A stretch of 64,000 bases of DNA from Pavona decussata. Its lineage: Eukaryota. Below are positions 25,068 to 35,778 of this stretch, piece by piece. Made by a program: the position numbers and the translations under genes. Location of the stretch: the NCBI GenBank assembly GCA_977016875.1, contig CDRNST010000001.1, positions 806,001 through 870,000 of the forward strand. Direction: 5' to 3'. Numbering within the stretch: the first letter of the stretch is position 1; each line of letters starts with the position of its first letter. Under the pieces are notes generated by a model. The model had not been told where the DNA came from, made no database searches, and saw only the letters and a list, made by a program, of their open reading frames with translations.

Positions 25068-26698
25068 ATTCACATTATGCACAACATTGGGGGTGTTTAC
25101 CAAACATCCCTATCATGGTAAATGGAGTCCTTACAACAGGTAAGATACAGAAATGCACTGTAGAGCACTGTAGAGCACTGTAATTGTGGGTGCAAAAGCC
25201 AGTTCATTTCATGCCTTTATGATAATAAATTTAACCTTATTTCTCTTTTAAATTTCAGCTGAAATGTTCAACTACAAATGAGCATACTGTCCAAAAACAA
25301 TCAATGGATGACAACAGTATCGTGGTGCTGCTGATTCCTTGTTCAAGTATATTGGTGTACAACTCACATTATCACTGAAGGATAATGCTGACACAGATGA
25401 AGCAAACAAAATACAAGTTGAGCCCATATTAACACAAAGAAAGACTAATGTTGTGTCCAAACACCTGAAAAAAAGATCAATAAAACTCAAGATTGTGAGG
25501 ATCTCTCCTAGCAACCTCAACTACTGCTCAAATGAGAAACAAACCAGCACCATTTAATCCTCTGCAAAAGAGCATATGCAGCACATGGAAGATTTCATTA
25601 CCTTGAATGCACTGTAATTGAGCAATAATGAACACTATCAAGAACTCATTTAAGAAACAATGTGCCCAATGCAGTAAGAATGTCACACTGCCATGACTTT
25701 TCCAGAAGGTTTTACTTGTTATTGAAAATAACTTCACAATATGTACATCCTGCTCAAATGTCATAAACAATAATTACAGAATCAATCCATTGAGCACACT
25801 GAAAATTCCTGTAGGATAAAATATCTGGCATTGAAAGATAATCATGAAGTAAACATGATTGTTTTAATTTTCCCTAATTTACAAACTGAGTGCAAAGGCA
25901 ACCATATACTACTACATGTAATATAAACTAAAAAATTCATGGCTTCATGCCATACATAGAAAATGCTCCTGAACTCAACAGGACTAATCATGTAGCTCTG
26001 ATAAAAAAAAATTTATACCAAAATTTTTGATCATTCAATCCTTCGTTATAATAAAGCTTTCACAAAAGAAAATGCCAACAAATATACCTTGCTGCATCCA
26101 AAATTACAACAGCATTCAATAAGAAATTTTCATATACGTATTTGATGATATTCATTTACTTTCTGCATTTTACATGAAATACTTTAATGTACAGTATGAT
26201 ACTCTGTTGCACTTTGTATATCAGTTACATAGCATGTCTAAAAGTAAATAATTATATTGTTTGACAAGCTAACCACTGATGTGAAACAAAACTAAAGAAA
26301 TAAATAAGTAAATAAATAACAAAGATTAATTATATACAGTGTAGCTCTACATAAAAAACACAGAAAACCGCAACTGTTTTTTTCTGTGGTGGTTGTTGTG
26401 CATTCAGCACTACTATGCAAACGACAAAACAAAGTAAATCAATAGAAATTTGTTAAAAAATCCAATTGCCAATGAAAGACCAGTTGCTTATTTACAAACT
26501 GTGGAGGACTTAAACTGGGGCCACCGAAGGCAGCCCCAAGACATAAAATATTAATTTTACATACATTGCTTTTCGATTGCCCGAAATTTCTCTACATCCC
26601 AGGCCAAAACGCGCTTTGATTCCATGGTAACGCGAAAAGGAAACCCTACGCATGCGCATAAATAAGCTTTACCTTCGGACCTCGTGCTTTCGCGCAAT

Positions 26699-27835
26699 AT
26701 GGCATCTAGAATGTTGAGTTCAGGCAGTCCAACTAAGCGAAAATACAAAGACATAGAGGGATATATCCATACCGTTTCAGAGATCAAGATTCCGAGCTCT
26801 GGAAACAGGTATTTTGATTTTAAAATCCAAGAAAAGGAGGAAGTCAGTCGCGTCGTTTGCTTCTCGCCAGACAAACACAAGAAGTTGAAAGATCAACAGA
26901 CCTCGAAGACGCCTGTTAGAATATTGACTGTTAGTCCACAGAAGAGCAGATTTCAACCTGATGTCGAAGAATATAAGTTGTATAACTTTTCACAAGTGCA
27001 AGATGCAAAGAACTTGTCATTCCGCTGGAAAGATGTAACAGGACAAGTTGCTAAAGACCCTTCTCTTCAGCAGATACTGCAGCACTCGACAGTTGGCGAC
27101 ATTGTCTCGGTTAAAGCTAGAGTTCTTTCGAAAGGACAAACCACGACTGTAACTTCACGTTCCACAGGCAAAGAGGTGAAGAAGTGTGAGCTCGTTGTAA
27201 GTGATGGAACTGCTGTAATTACTGCCACCATCTGGGAGGATGGGATAGAAACGGTTGCACAAGGGCAGGCGTACGTATTTGGAGATGTGAGAGTGGGCTA
27301 TTTTAATAAGACGTATCTCCAGTGCGCTCAGTCTTCAACTATTTCACCATACAACGAAGAAATTAAGATCTCTGAAGCGATGGCATTGGAGGCTGAGAAA
27401 CTTAAGCCTAAAGAAACAAAAAGTGAAGAGATTGAGGGCAGAATCCTGGCAGCTGATATCAGCAAGCTGTATGTTTGTGTAAATTGCAATGGGAGAATCG
27501 CAGCAGCGGACGATAATGACCCTGAAATGGCGAAGTGCACTTCTTGTGGACAGATGATGCTCGTGTCACTTTTTTCAGCAACGTTGTCGGCTAATTTCTT
27601 ACTTGGTGATTTGCAAGGTGAGAAAATAGGACGTTACTACTCACCAAGTGCCCCTCTTAAAGAATTCTTTGCTAAACTATCATGTACCGAGGGATACAAT
27701 ATAAAAGAAGATGTAACAAAACTAAATACAAAAATGATATACGCAACACTTCTGCCTATAAAAAAGATAAAATTTTGCATTTCAAATGCTGATAAAATAA
27801 TTTTGTCTATGCAAATTGTGCAGGACAATGATTAG
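26699..27835 (+). CDS. Intronless RPA70-like OB-fold ssDNA-binding protein (transposon-associated), 378 aa
   Basis: OB-fold signatures (IEGYIHTVS...YFDFKIQ...RVVCFSPDKH; DIVSVKARVLSK...ELVVSDGTAVITATIWE...YVFGDVRV) and a C-terminal CVNC...CTSC zinc ribbon as in RPA70 DBD-C. ATG at 26699, preceded by CGCATGCGCA and CATAAATA motifs. RPA genes are known Helitron/Helentron accessories. Confidence 0.75.
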   Translation: MASRMLSSGSPTKRKYKDIEGYIHTVSEIKIPSSGNRYFDFKIQEKEEVSRVVCFSPDKHKKLKDQQTSKTPVRILTVSPQKSRFQPDVEEYKLYNFSQVQDAKNLSFRWKDVTGQVAKDPSLQQILQHSTVGDIVSVKARVLSKGQTTTVTSRSTGKEVKKCELVVSDGTAVITATIWEDGIETVAQGQAYVFGDVRVGYFNKTYLQCAQSSTISPYNEEIKISEAMALEAEKLKPKETKSEEIEGRILAADISKLYVCVNCNGRIAAADDNDPEMAKCTSCGQMMLVSLFSATLSANFLLGDLQGEKIGRYYSPSAPLKEFFAKLSCTEGYNIKEDVTKLNTKMIYATLLPIKKIKFCISNADKIILSMQIVQDND

Positions 27836-28187
27836 AAGTACCAAGACTTTTGTTAAAAAATGTATTGTTGTTACTTAGACTTGCATTGTAAATCACAACT
27901 GCCTCAATGTTGAGGTAGTTGGCAACTGCAAAAACATTGCATATTCTTTTTTCACCTAAAATTTAGTTTCAGTTTTATATAAGATTACCCCTGGTAGATG
28001 AGATATACCAGTAGTAGAAAAATGTTCTGTTGTTGTTACTTAGACTTGAATCACCACCACCTCAATCTTGAGGTCATAAAAACTACACGGAGATGGCATT
28101 AACTTTTGTACATTTCACTATGCGTTGAAGATTATTGCCTAGAGCATTTAGTTTCAGCTCTATATAAGATTAGGTGAGATATACTTA

Positions 28188-28672
28188 CGGCCTCTTCATA
28201 TGAGCCCAGTAAACCAGGCTGGCTTGGTTTCCGAGATCTCGCCTCGCCGCTCTTTTCTTTGTAAAAATATCGATGTGTTCATATCAGAGGCTGAGCAGGC
28301 CCAGTAACCGAGATCTCAGTTTTTGCAGCCCACATCACGGTAACCAGGATGAAAATTTTCCCATATGAACACTCCAGCCCAGTGACAATGATGAAAGTTT
28401 TTAAACAAAATAGCTTCGCTCTCAAAACATAGCGGCCAACAAAGTGGCATAGTTTTGATCTTGGAAGTATTTCCACTTTACAAGTATGTGAATTAGCTTT
28501 ATTAGTAAAGTTACAAGGGTAGAGAAAGCTTTGAAAGTTGCAAACAATACAAATTTATGTTCCAGAATTTTGATTGTCTTTCTTGAATTCATCCCGGTAA
28601 ACCGGGCTGAAAATTCCCATATGAACACACCCCAGAATTCGTCCCGGTTACCGAGCTAATATCAAGAGGCCC
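28188..28672. mobile_element. PIF/Harbinger-type MITE
   Basis: TTA TSD (28185-87, 28673-75); ends cggcctcttcatatgagc / gctaatatcaagaggccc. Confidence 0.65.
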
Positions 28673-29864
28673 TTAGAATGTCACTATACTTGCAAAGTTT
28701 CCCTATCAAAGCACATGTCACAAAACTAAATACAAGCAAGATATGTGCAACACTTCTACCCATAAAGAAGATACAATTTGCCACAGAAAAATTAACACTT
28801 CCTTGATTGTTGTTAAGAAATGCTGTGTTCTTGTTACTTACAATTAAATAACAACCTCAATCTTGTAGTTGTAGGAACTGTATAGAGGTTGCATTTCCTT
28901 TTGTCGATTTCCACTATCTGTTGCAGATTACTGCTAGCATTTAGTTTCAGTTCTATGTAAGATTTGATCAGGTATACCTGAAAGTATGTATAATTGCATA
29001 TTTTCCTATTTAATCACTGCATCTGAGTGTTAACTATGTTAATAAATAAAGTTAAAGAGCAACTTTCAAACATTTTGTAGATTAAGCTTGTTAACATTAA
29101 GTATTGTTCAATTTGAGGAAAATAAAGTTAGATGTTGTGTTAGGATATAGCATTCTACTTGCTTGAACAGGTTTTGCAGTGAATACTCTGTTTTGTGTCT
29201 CCTTCCTCAAACTCCCATTCATGGGACAAAAATAGCAAAATATTTTCTATCTCGTAAAACCCCAATATCAATTAATCAACCCAACAACAAATTTTTTTGT
29301 AATTACTGCTAGAGACCTTAATGTTAATCTCGATTTTGGTTGCATGGGATAAGGAGTGTAGCTTCAACATCTCCAACAACTGATCACATTTTCACCACAA
29401 TTTTGGTTATATGGATGAATGAGTTAGCTCTTAGGAGCCTTTGATTTAATGTCTGGTATTTGAATGGAATCTTGAGAAATCTTTCCGATATAGACGCATT
29501 AACTGAACAAAAAAATTCAAAACACTCGGGAAACGATTGTTAGTTTTGAACTACCGAGTGCCGTACTGTAAAGAAAAATTCATAGCTTTATACCGTCAAT
29601 AAACTCGGGTAATTTCTACAGGAACTCTGAAATCTCGCCGGCGATGTTCAAAACTGACATGTAAATTTCAAAACTCCATTCAAGTTTCAAAAATACCGGT
29701 CACGCGTGACGTGGATTGACTGTAACAGAAAAGAGAAAGTGTCAAGTTTTACTCCTTCAATTCTAGATCTTTCCAACTTCCATTTCTAATCTGTGCTAAT
29801 GTTCATTACTTTTCATTCTCGTTCCCAGGTGGGACCCTGGGAACGAGTCTGCAGTGTCCTCCTG

Positions 29865-30103
29865 GGCCCAGTTGTTCAAAGCCCGATTAAGCTAATCCTG
29901 GGTTAACGTGAACTTTGATTCCAGTGTATTTACTAATCCAGAAGGATTCGTCCAAAAGATTTTTGTCCCTAAGTCTTGCCTTAGACTTTTCTTTACCATT
30001 AGCTTAAAATGAGCCTTTAAAATCATTTTTAATGAGCGAGATGAAAAGCTCAGTTAACTTCTAATCGTGGATTAGCGTTAATCGGCTTTCGAACAACCGG
30101 GCC
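29865..30103. mobile_element. Harbinger-like MITE with CTG TSD
   Basis: CTG-ggcccagttgttcaaagcccgattaagctaatcc ... ggattagcgttaatcggctttcgaacaaccgggcc-CTG. Confidence 0.75.
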
Positions 30104-30499
30104 CTGTTCTTTTTCCACCGCTTGCATATCAAACGTTTCAACAGTTACTTACTTTTTAAAGCAAGGAGCACCAATTGACCTTACTTACAGTAACATACTA
30201 CAAAGACCTTTTTCATAAATGGCGTCCGATAAATTATTATTTTGTTTCATTAAAATAAGCCTTACTAGCCTCGTCAGCATGTGCAAAATTCAAAAGAATT
30301 TTTACTCTGAAATGAGGTTAGTAGGGCTAATTAACATATATTGAAAAGAATAATAAATCGGCCGCCATTTATGAAAAAGGTCTATGAACCTTGGTTTAGA
30401 CTGGCAATGTTTTTACCAGGATAACAGTACGATACGAAAAACAGGAAAAAACATATCATTATTAATTATTCTAAAGGCCGCCGTTTGGTTTACCGTAAC

Positions 30500-30832
30500 T
30501 AGGGAGCTTAAGCAACGGCGACGAAAACGTCACCTGAAAATATATCTTTACTTCATGTGTGCTACTTTGCGATTATTTCAACTCCCTCAACTTTTACAAA
30601 AATGGCGAACTATCCCAGAGCTAAATTGGTAGCAGTGGCGTACAAGTTAAGAAAGAAAATTTAAAACATCACCGTCGTCCGTTGACGTTCTCCACGAAAC
30701 CTTAAATGTGGCCATTCACGTTTGTTGTTTTGCAGAGGAAGGCAAAGAAATGTACCAAAATGTAAAACGCACGTGAAGAGCGACTATTTTTGCTCATAAA
30801 ACCTATTGTTTTGTGCTGTTGTCGTTGCTGTC
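30500..30832. repeat. Dispersed repeat of the tagggagcttaagcaac family
   Basis: Shares motifs with 3466-3692 and, in opposite orientation, with 60714-61087 (gctcataaaacctattgttttgtg, aaatgtacca). Confidence 0.55.
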
Positions 30833-31304
30833 TTGTATCCAGAGCTGCAAGGAAGAATGTAAAAACAAAGAACGACAATCGGTAAAGTTGTAAAAAATAC
30901 CCTAAACACAAATGGTAATAAACTGGACGTTCTCTAGTGTCCCTGAATCAAGAACTTCGCGAGGAAGTACAGATAAGCTAATTATACCAGCTTTTTTCGT
31001 TTGGATCATCAAAATTTTTTTCATTTCAAAAGCAACGACGTAGCTGTTTCGAAATGAACTATAACGAAACTTATTGTAGGTAGAGTGCCGAAGAGTAGAC
31101 GTTATATGCCAGGTTTTATACGAATTATGTATAAGGAGTGCATGATGCAGCGTATCACCTCTTGACTCAATGATACCGTTCTTGCTAAAAGCTGAAGCTG
31201 TACCCTTTTCAACACACCAGAACAGAAAAAAAAATTCTCTGTCTTGAATTTTCTTAGTCCAGTGTTGTCACCGATGATAAACTAAGTGAGAGCAAACTTC
31301 AAAG

Positions 31305-32837
31305 TTAATCGCTTATAATCATATGATTTTCATAGTGGCCCAGGAGTAACGCCTCACTACTCAACTCCTCTTGACAAATCCAGCAGATGTGTTTTTCAAC
31401 ATGACCAGGGTTTAGTTCTATCAAAGAGTTGGTTTGGTTGGGCATGTCATCTTGAATACAATCCCTAGCGTCCTTATGAGATCTTTCATGTTTTCTTAAG
31501 CTTCCCAGGCGGCGAAAAAACGCATTGCACTGCTTACATTTATAGTTCTCCTCTCTAGTATGAACTCTTTTATGTCTCCTTAGAGTTCCTGCTTCACTAA
31601 AACACTTGCCACACTGTTTGCATTCATAAGGCTTCTCTCCAGTATGAACTCTTTTATGTCTCCTCAGTTGTCCTGCTTGGCTAAAACGCTTACCACACTG
31701 TTTGCATTCATAAGGCGTTTCCCCCGTATGAACTCTTTCATGTGTCTTTAGATGTCCTGCTACACTAAAACACTTGCCACACTGTTTGCATTCATAAGGC
31801 TTCTCTCCGGTATGGACTCTTTCATGTGCCCTTAGATTTCCTGCTTGACCAAAACACTTACCACACTGTTTGCATTCATAAGGCTTCTCTCCGGTATGGA
31901 CTCTTTCATGTGCCCTTAGATTTCCTGCTTGACCAAAACACTTACCACACTGTTTGCATTCATAAGGCTTCTCTCCAGTATGAACTCTTTTATGTGTCCT
32001 TAGATCTATTGCATCTCTAAAACACCCACCACACTGTTTGCATTCATAAGGCGTCTCCCCAGTATGGACTCTTTTATGTGTCTTTAGGTTTCCCGCTTGA
32101 CTAAAACACTTGCCACACTGTTTGCATTCATAAGGCTTCTCTCCGGTATGAACTCTTTCATGTGCCCTTAGATTTCCTGAGTGACCAAAACACTTACCAC
32201 ACTTTTTGCATCTGTAAGACTTTTCCCCAGTATGGACTCTTTTATGTGTCTTTAGGGTTCCCGCTTTACTAAAACACTTGCCACACTGTTTGCATTCATA
32301 AGGCTTCTCTCCGGTATGGACTCTTTCATGTGCCCTTAGATTTCCTGCTTGACTAAAACACTTACCACACTGTTTGCATTCATAAGGCTTCTCCCCAGTA
32401 TGAACTCTTTTATGTGTCCTTAGATCTCCTACTTCTCTAAAACACTTACCACAGTGTTTGCATTCGAATGGTTTCTCTCCAGTATGAACTCTTTTATGTG
32501 CCCTTAGATGTCTTGCTACACTAAAACACTTGCCACACTGTTTGCATTCATAAGGCTTCTCTCCGGTATGAACTCTTTCATGTCTCCTTAGATTTCCTGC
32601 TTGGCTAAAACGCTTACCACACTGTTTGCATTCATAAGGCGTTTCCCCAGTATGAACTCTTTTATGTGTCTTTAGGTTTCCCGCTTCACTAAAACACTTG
32701 CCACACTGTTTGCATTCATAAGGCTTCTCTCCGGTATGAACTCTTTCATGTGTCCTTAGATATCCTGCTTGACCAAAACACTTACCACACTGTTTGCATC
32801 TGTAAGACTTTTCCCCAGTATGAATTTTTTCATGCAT
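31305..32837 (-). CDS. Tandem C2H2 (Kruppel-type) zinc-finger protein: 16 tandem fingers plus one divergent C-terminal finger
   Basis: 84-bp repeats encoding [10 protein letters not shown]...L..H.RVH with TGEKP linkers; C-terminal CWIC...HYENH. A splice acceptor at 32907-08 opens the exon at 32906, but an in-frame TAG at 32876-74 precedes the ATG at 32837. Confidence 0.88.
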   Translation of the reverse strand: MHEKIHTGEKSYRCKQCGKCFGQAGYLRTHERVHTGEKPYECKQCGKCFSEAGNLKTHKRVHTGETPYECKQCGKRFSQAGNLRRHERVHTGEKPYECKQCGKCFSVARHLRAHKRVHTGEKPFECKHCGKCFREVGDLRTHKRVHTGEKPYECKQCGKCFSQAGNLRAHERVHTGEKPYECKQCGKCFSKAGTLKTHKRVHTGEKSYRCKKCGKCFGHSGNLRAHERVHTGEKPYECKQCGKCFSQAGNLKTHKRVHTGETPYECKQCGGCFRDAIDLRTHKRVHTGEKPYECKQCGKCFGQAGNLRAHERVHTGEKPYECKQCGKCFGQAGNLRAHERVHTGEKPYECKQCGKCFSVAGHLKTHERVHTGETPYECKQCGKRFSQAGQLRRHKRVHTGEKPYECKQCGKCFSEAGTLRRHKRVHTREENYKCKQCNAFFRRLGSLRKHERSHKDARDCIQDDMPNQTNSLIELNPGHVEKHICWICQEELSSEALLLGHYENHMIISD

Positions 32838-33084
32838 CCTTAGAGCTGCTGCATTACTGAAACACTTGCCAGACTACACATTTTCTTCGTTAGTGCTGTT
32901 TAATACCTGAAACATAATCAGAAACACTTTCTTTATATAACTGGTTTACTGTACCGTCTTTAATTTTTTATCCTATGTGGGCATTTTAATTTTAGTCGTA
33001 TTATAAGTGCTCAAAATTATTAAAAGTGCCGTGGGAAACAAGTTGAGTTTTAAATGATCTAAATTTTTAGGCTTAGCAAGGCTC

Positions 33085-33400
33085 GCCGACCGGTTGGCTC
33101 AGTTGATAGAGCACTGGACTATTGTGCGGGCGGTCGCGGGTTCAAACAGAAAGAGAAAGTGCTGCCTTTGCCCTGATATCTGCAAAATAGTTAGACTTTC
33201 TAGTCTTCTCGGATAAGGACGATAAACCGTAGGACCTGTCTCACAACACTTCCATGCTCATAACCCTGTGGGACGTTAAAGAAACCACACTCCAATCGCA
33301 AAGAGTAGGGCATGAAGTTCCCGGTGCGCATGTCTGGTCTTTGAGTGTGCAATAGTTCACTGGGCTCCTGACTGATAATATAATTTGTCAAGAGCTATAA
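33085..33400 (+). mobile_element. tRNA-derived SINE with Deu/Nin-like central domain
   Basis: A box tggctcagttgatagagc and B box gggttcaaac. The body gtgggacgttaaagaaaccacac...aagagtaggg...ttcccggtg resembles the Deu/Nin SINE core (from recall). Confidence 0.65.
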
Positions 33401-35636
33401 AAACTGTTTACCAAGTGACTTTAACCTTCGTTGGAATTTTCATGTCGACAATTTTTTGTTTTGTTTTTTTTATTCCGGATTCCGGATTCCTGGTTTTAGG
33501 TAAACCCTTCGCAACGCTGGGTACCAGACTCAAATTGAGCCCCAGTGAGAGAGGGTAAGTATATACAAAAGAAAGCTTTTACTTGAATTATGCATTGATG
33601 CTACATAAGGAAAACGATTTTTATTCCAAAATTACACAGTAAAAAGCATTATTGAATCACATCAAGGCATGTACAATCTTCATACTATTGACAGGATTTT
33701 AACCTGCAGAAATTTATGGGGTTTTTTTTATTTAGTTATCATTCGCTGATTACAGTGATCTATAATATTATCATAGTTAAGTTTCAGGAACTTGTTATCA
33801 GTCAAAACAATGGTAACCAAACACAAACTAATTACATGGAAAAAGTTGTGGCCCAATGTATGCATAGACCCAACGTGCAATTTTTATTGATAAAAACAAT
33901 TTAGGTGTAAATGGCAGCCTCTATTTATTTCCTTGCACATATCTATATGTTGTTCTCATATCACTGGAGAGGTGGTGAGGTGTGTGAAAACATGAAACTT
34001 CGCTTCCAGTGGGATACAATACTGCACAAGATGGGAGACTGGGGATAGCATAGCTGTGACGTCAATTATACAGGATTGTGACTTTTGCAGTTGCTCTATT
34101 CCTTAGTCGTTCAGTTGTGAGCATTCAACATTTCCAGTCATAATTTCAATCAAACAGTTTTCTTCTTCTATTTTAAATACAATCGAGCCTCCCGTAAATG
34201 GAGACCCTTGGGGCGAGAAAAAATGTGTCTGCTTAACAGAGGTGTATGCTAATAGGAGGTTAAAAATGTAGTGTTTGTTTGAAGCTGAGAACATCACCAT
34301 GACAACTGTACACACACACACACACACACACAAAACTGAGGAATTAAGAAATCGAAAAATTAGCAACCCTGTATCGATGTCACAGTCCTATTATCACCAG
34401 TCTCCCATTTTGTGCACTGGTATCCCAACCAGCAACACAAGGGTAATGAAATTGATAGAGAAAGAACGTTTCCAATTTCCATATCAGAACAACAGGAAGA
34501 ACAAGAAAACAATTAAATTTCTATCATATGCAATTTGAACGGGTGCAAAATCTACTATGATAACTTTGTGTGTGAAAAGAATCAACCATTTGCATGTTTA
34601 AAAAAAACAACTTAATGTACAAAACTTTGACAGAAAAATAAACTCTGCATCTGCAGAATTCCTTTAAAATATGTGTAGAGCTATTCATTTTAACATTTCT
34701 AAACAGTCAGAACGTTCCAAAACCCATCCACGCTTCCACTCCACTTTCCATAGAAGAACAAGATAGGGGTGTGACCATTTCGGCTCAAAACTTATGAAAA
34801 TGTGTTTTTAATCCAATGTACAGTACAATGTAAGGAACCTTAAAAACATCATATAAAATTTTATACACTTAATTCTAATCAGTAATTAGACGTTTACTTG
34901 TTGCTCAAAGTGTCACTTTTTGAAATTCTATACAAACATTTTTCCAATGCAATTGGCATGCATTTGCAACTTTTTCAAATATAGTCAGGGCCATAGCCAG
35001 ACTTTCAGGAGAGACAAGGCAAGTGTTCAAAGCACCAAAGGTGAAGAAGCTGAATATAAACAGACATGAGTACGGTTTTGATCCTCCCTTGTAGATCTCA
35101 TTAATCCCTTTCTGGGATGAGTTACTTATTCTTAAAACAATGAAGTTATGATTCATGCGGCACAAAACGCATGGTGGCAAAACAAACAGTCCCTGTCAGA
35201 ACAAGAGCTTAAGTTAAAAAATAAAGAGATATCTAAAGCCACAGAACTCATTCATGATATGGAAATGGCCTTTGCAGTCCTAAATTAAACAAATAACGGT
35301 TAAACCAAGGGCTCTGTTCAGTGAGTATCAAATGGTCTAGGTTTGTAATTAAAGCCAATATTTATAAATGTTACCGAAGTTTTGTGGCAGTAAAATAGAT
35401 ACATGTATTAAACATTTCAACACAAGGATGAAATGTTTGAGTTTGGAAGACATGCCTTGTATACTTGAACAGTATTTACCATCAGACAAAAAAATCAATG
35501 ATCAGATAAAAAAATTTTGACTACTGGTAATATTGCACAATTATATTTATATAATCAGATAACAAGGAAGTGTGAATTATAAATGTGTGTGAAAACTAAA
35601 TTGGTAAAAGGCAGAGAGAAAACGCAACCAACACAG

Positions 35637-35778
35637 TAGCCTGCGAGCAAGCCCTCTTTTAGGTCAGAGGCGAGAGAATTGGAGTGGGGGACGGGGGAGG
35701 GGTAATCCTCCTGCGGCTTGCCTGCCACTAGCGCTATCCCCCTGCAGCTAACCTAAAAAAAAGCTTGCTCACAGGCTA
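35637..35778. mobile_element. Short TIR element with 9-bp TSD
   Basis: tagcctgcgagcaagc...gcttgctcacaggcta flanked by ccaacacag / ccaacatag. Confidence 0.75.

Larger units (their letters stand above)
9637..29722 (+). mobile_element. TIR-bounded composite element carrying Helentron/Helitron2-type Rep-helicase-endonuclease and RPA genes
   Basis: Left end CACTCAGTCTACGTCACGCGTGACC (9637-9661) vs reverse complement of right end CAGTCAATCCACGTCACGCGTGACC (29698-29722): 22/25 identical, with weaker similarity for ~20 bp further in. TAA flanks both sides (9634-36, 29723-25). Internal genes are all on the + strand. Confidence 0.7.

Noticed and set aside
9637-29722. Canonical Helitron with TC...hairpin-CTAG ends, or a Maverick/Polinton or endogenous virus
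   Set aside because: No convincing hairpin-CTRR terminus was found by eye; there is no polB, integrase, capsid or packaging ATPase, and no 6-bp TSD.
31305-32837. Regular 84-bp repeats as a CRISPR-like array
   Set aside because: They are in-frame C2H2 finger codons with no unique spacers, and the context is eukaryotic.
33085-33155. Functional tRNA gene
   Set aside because: It lacks a pairing acceptor stem 3' half and continues into a SINE body.
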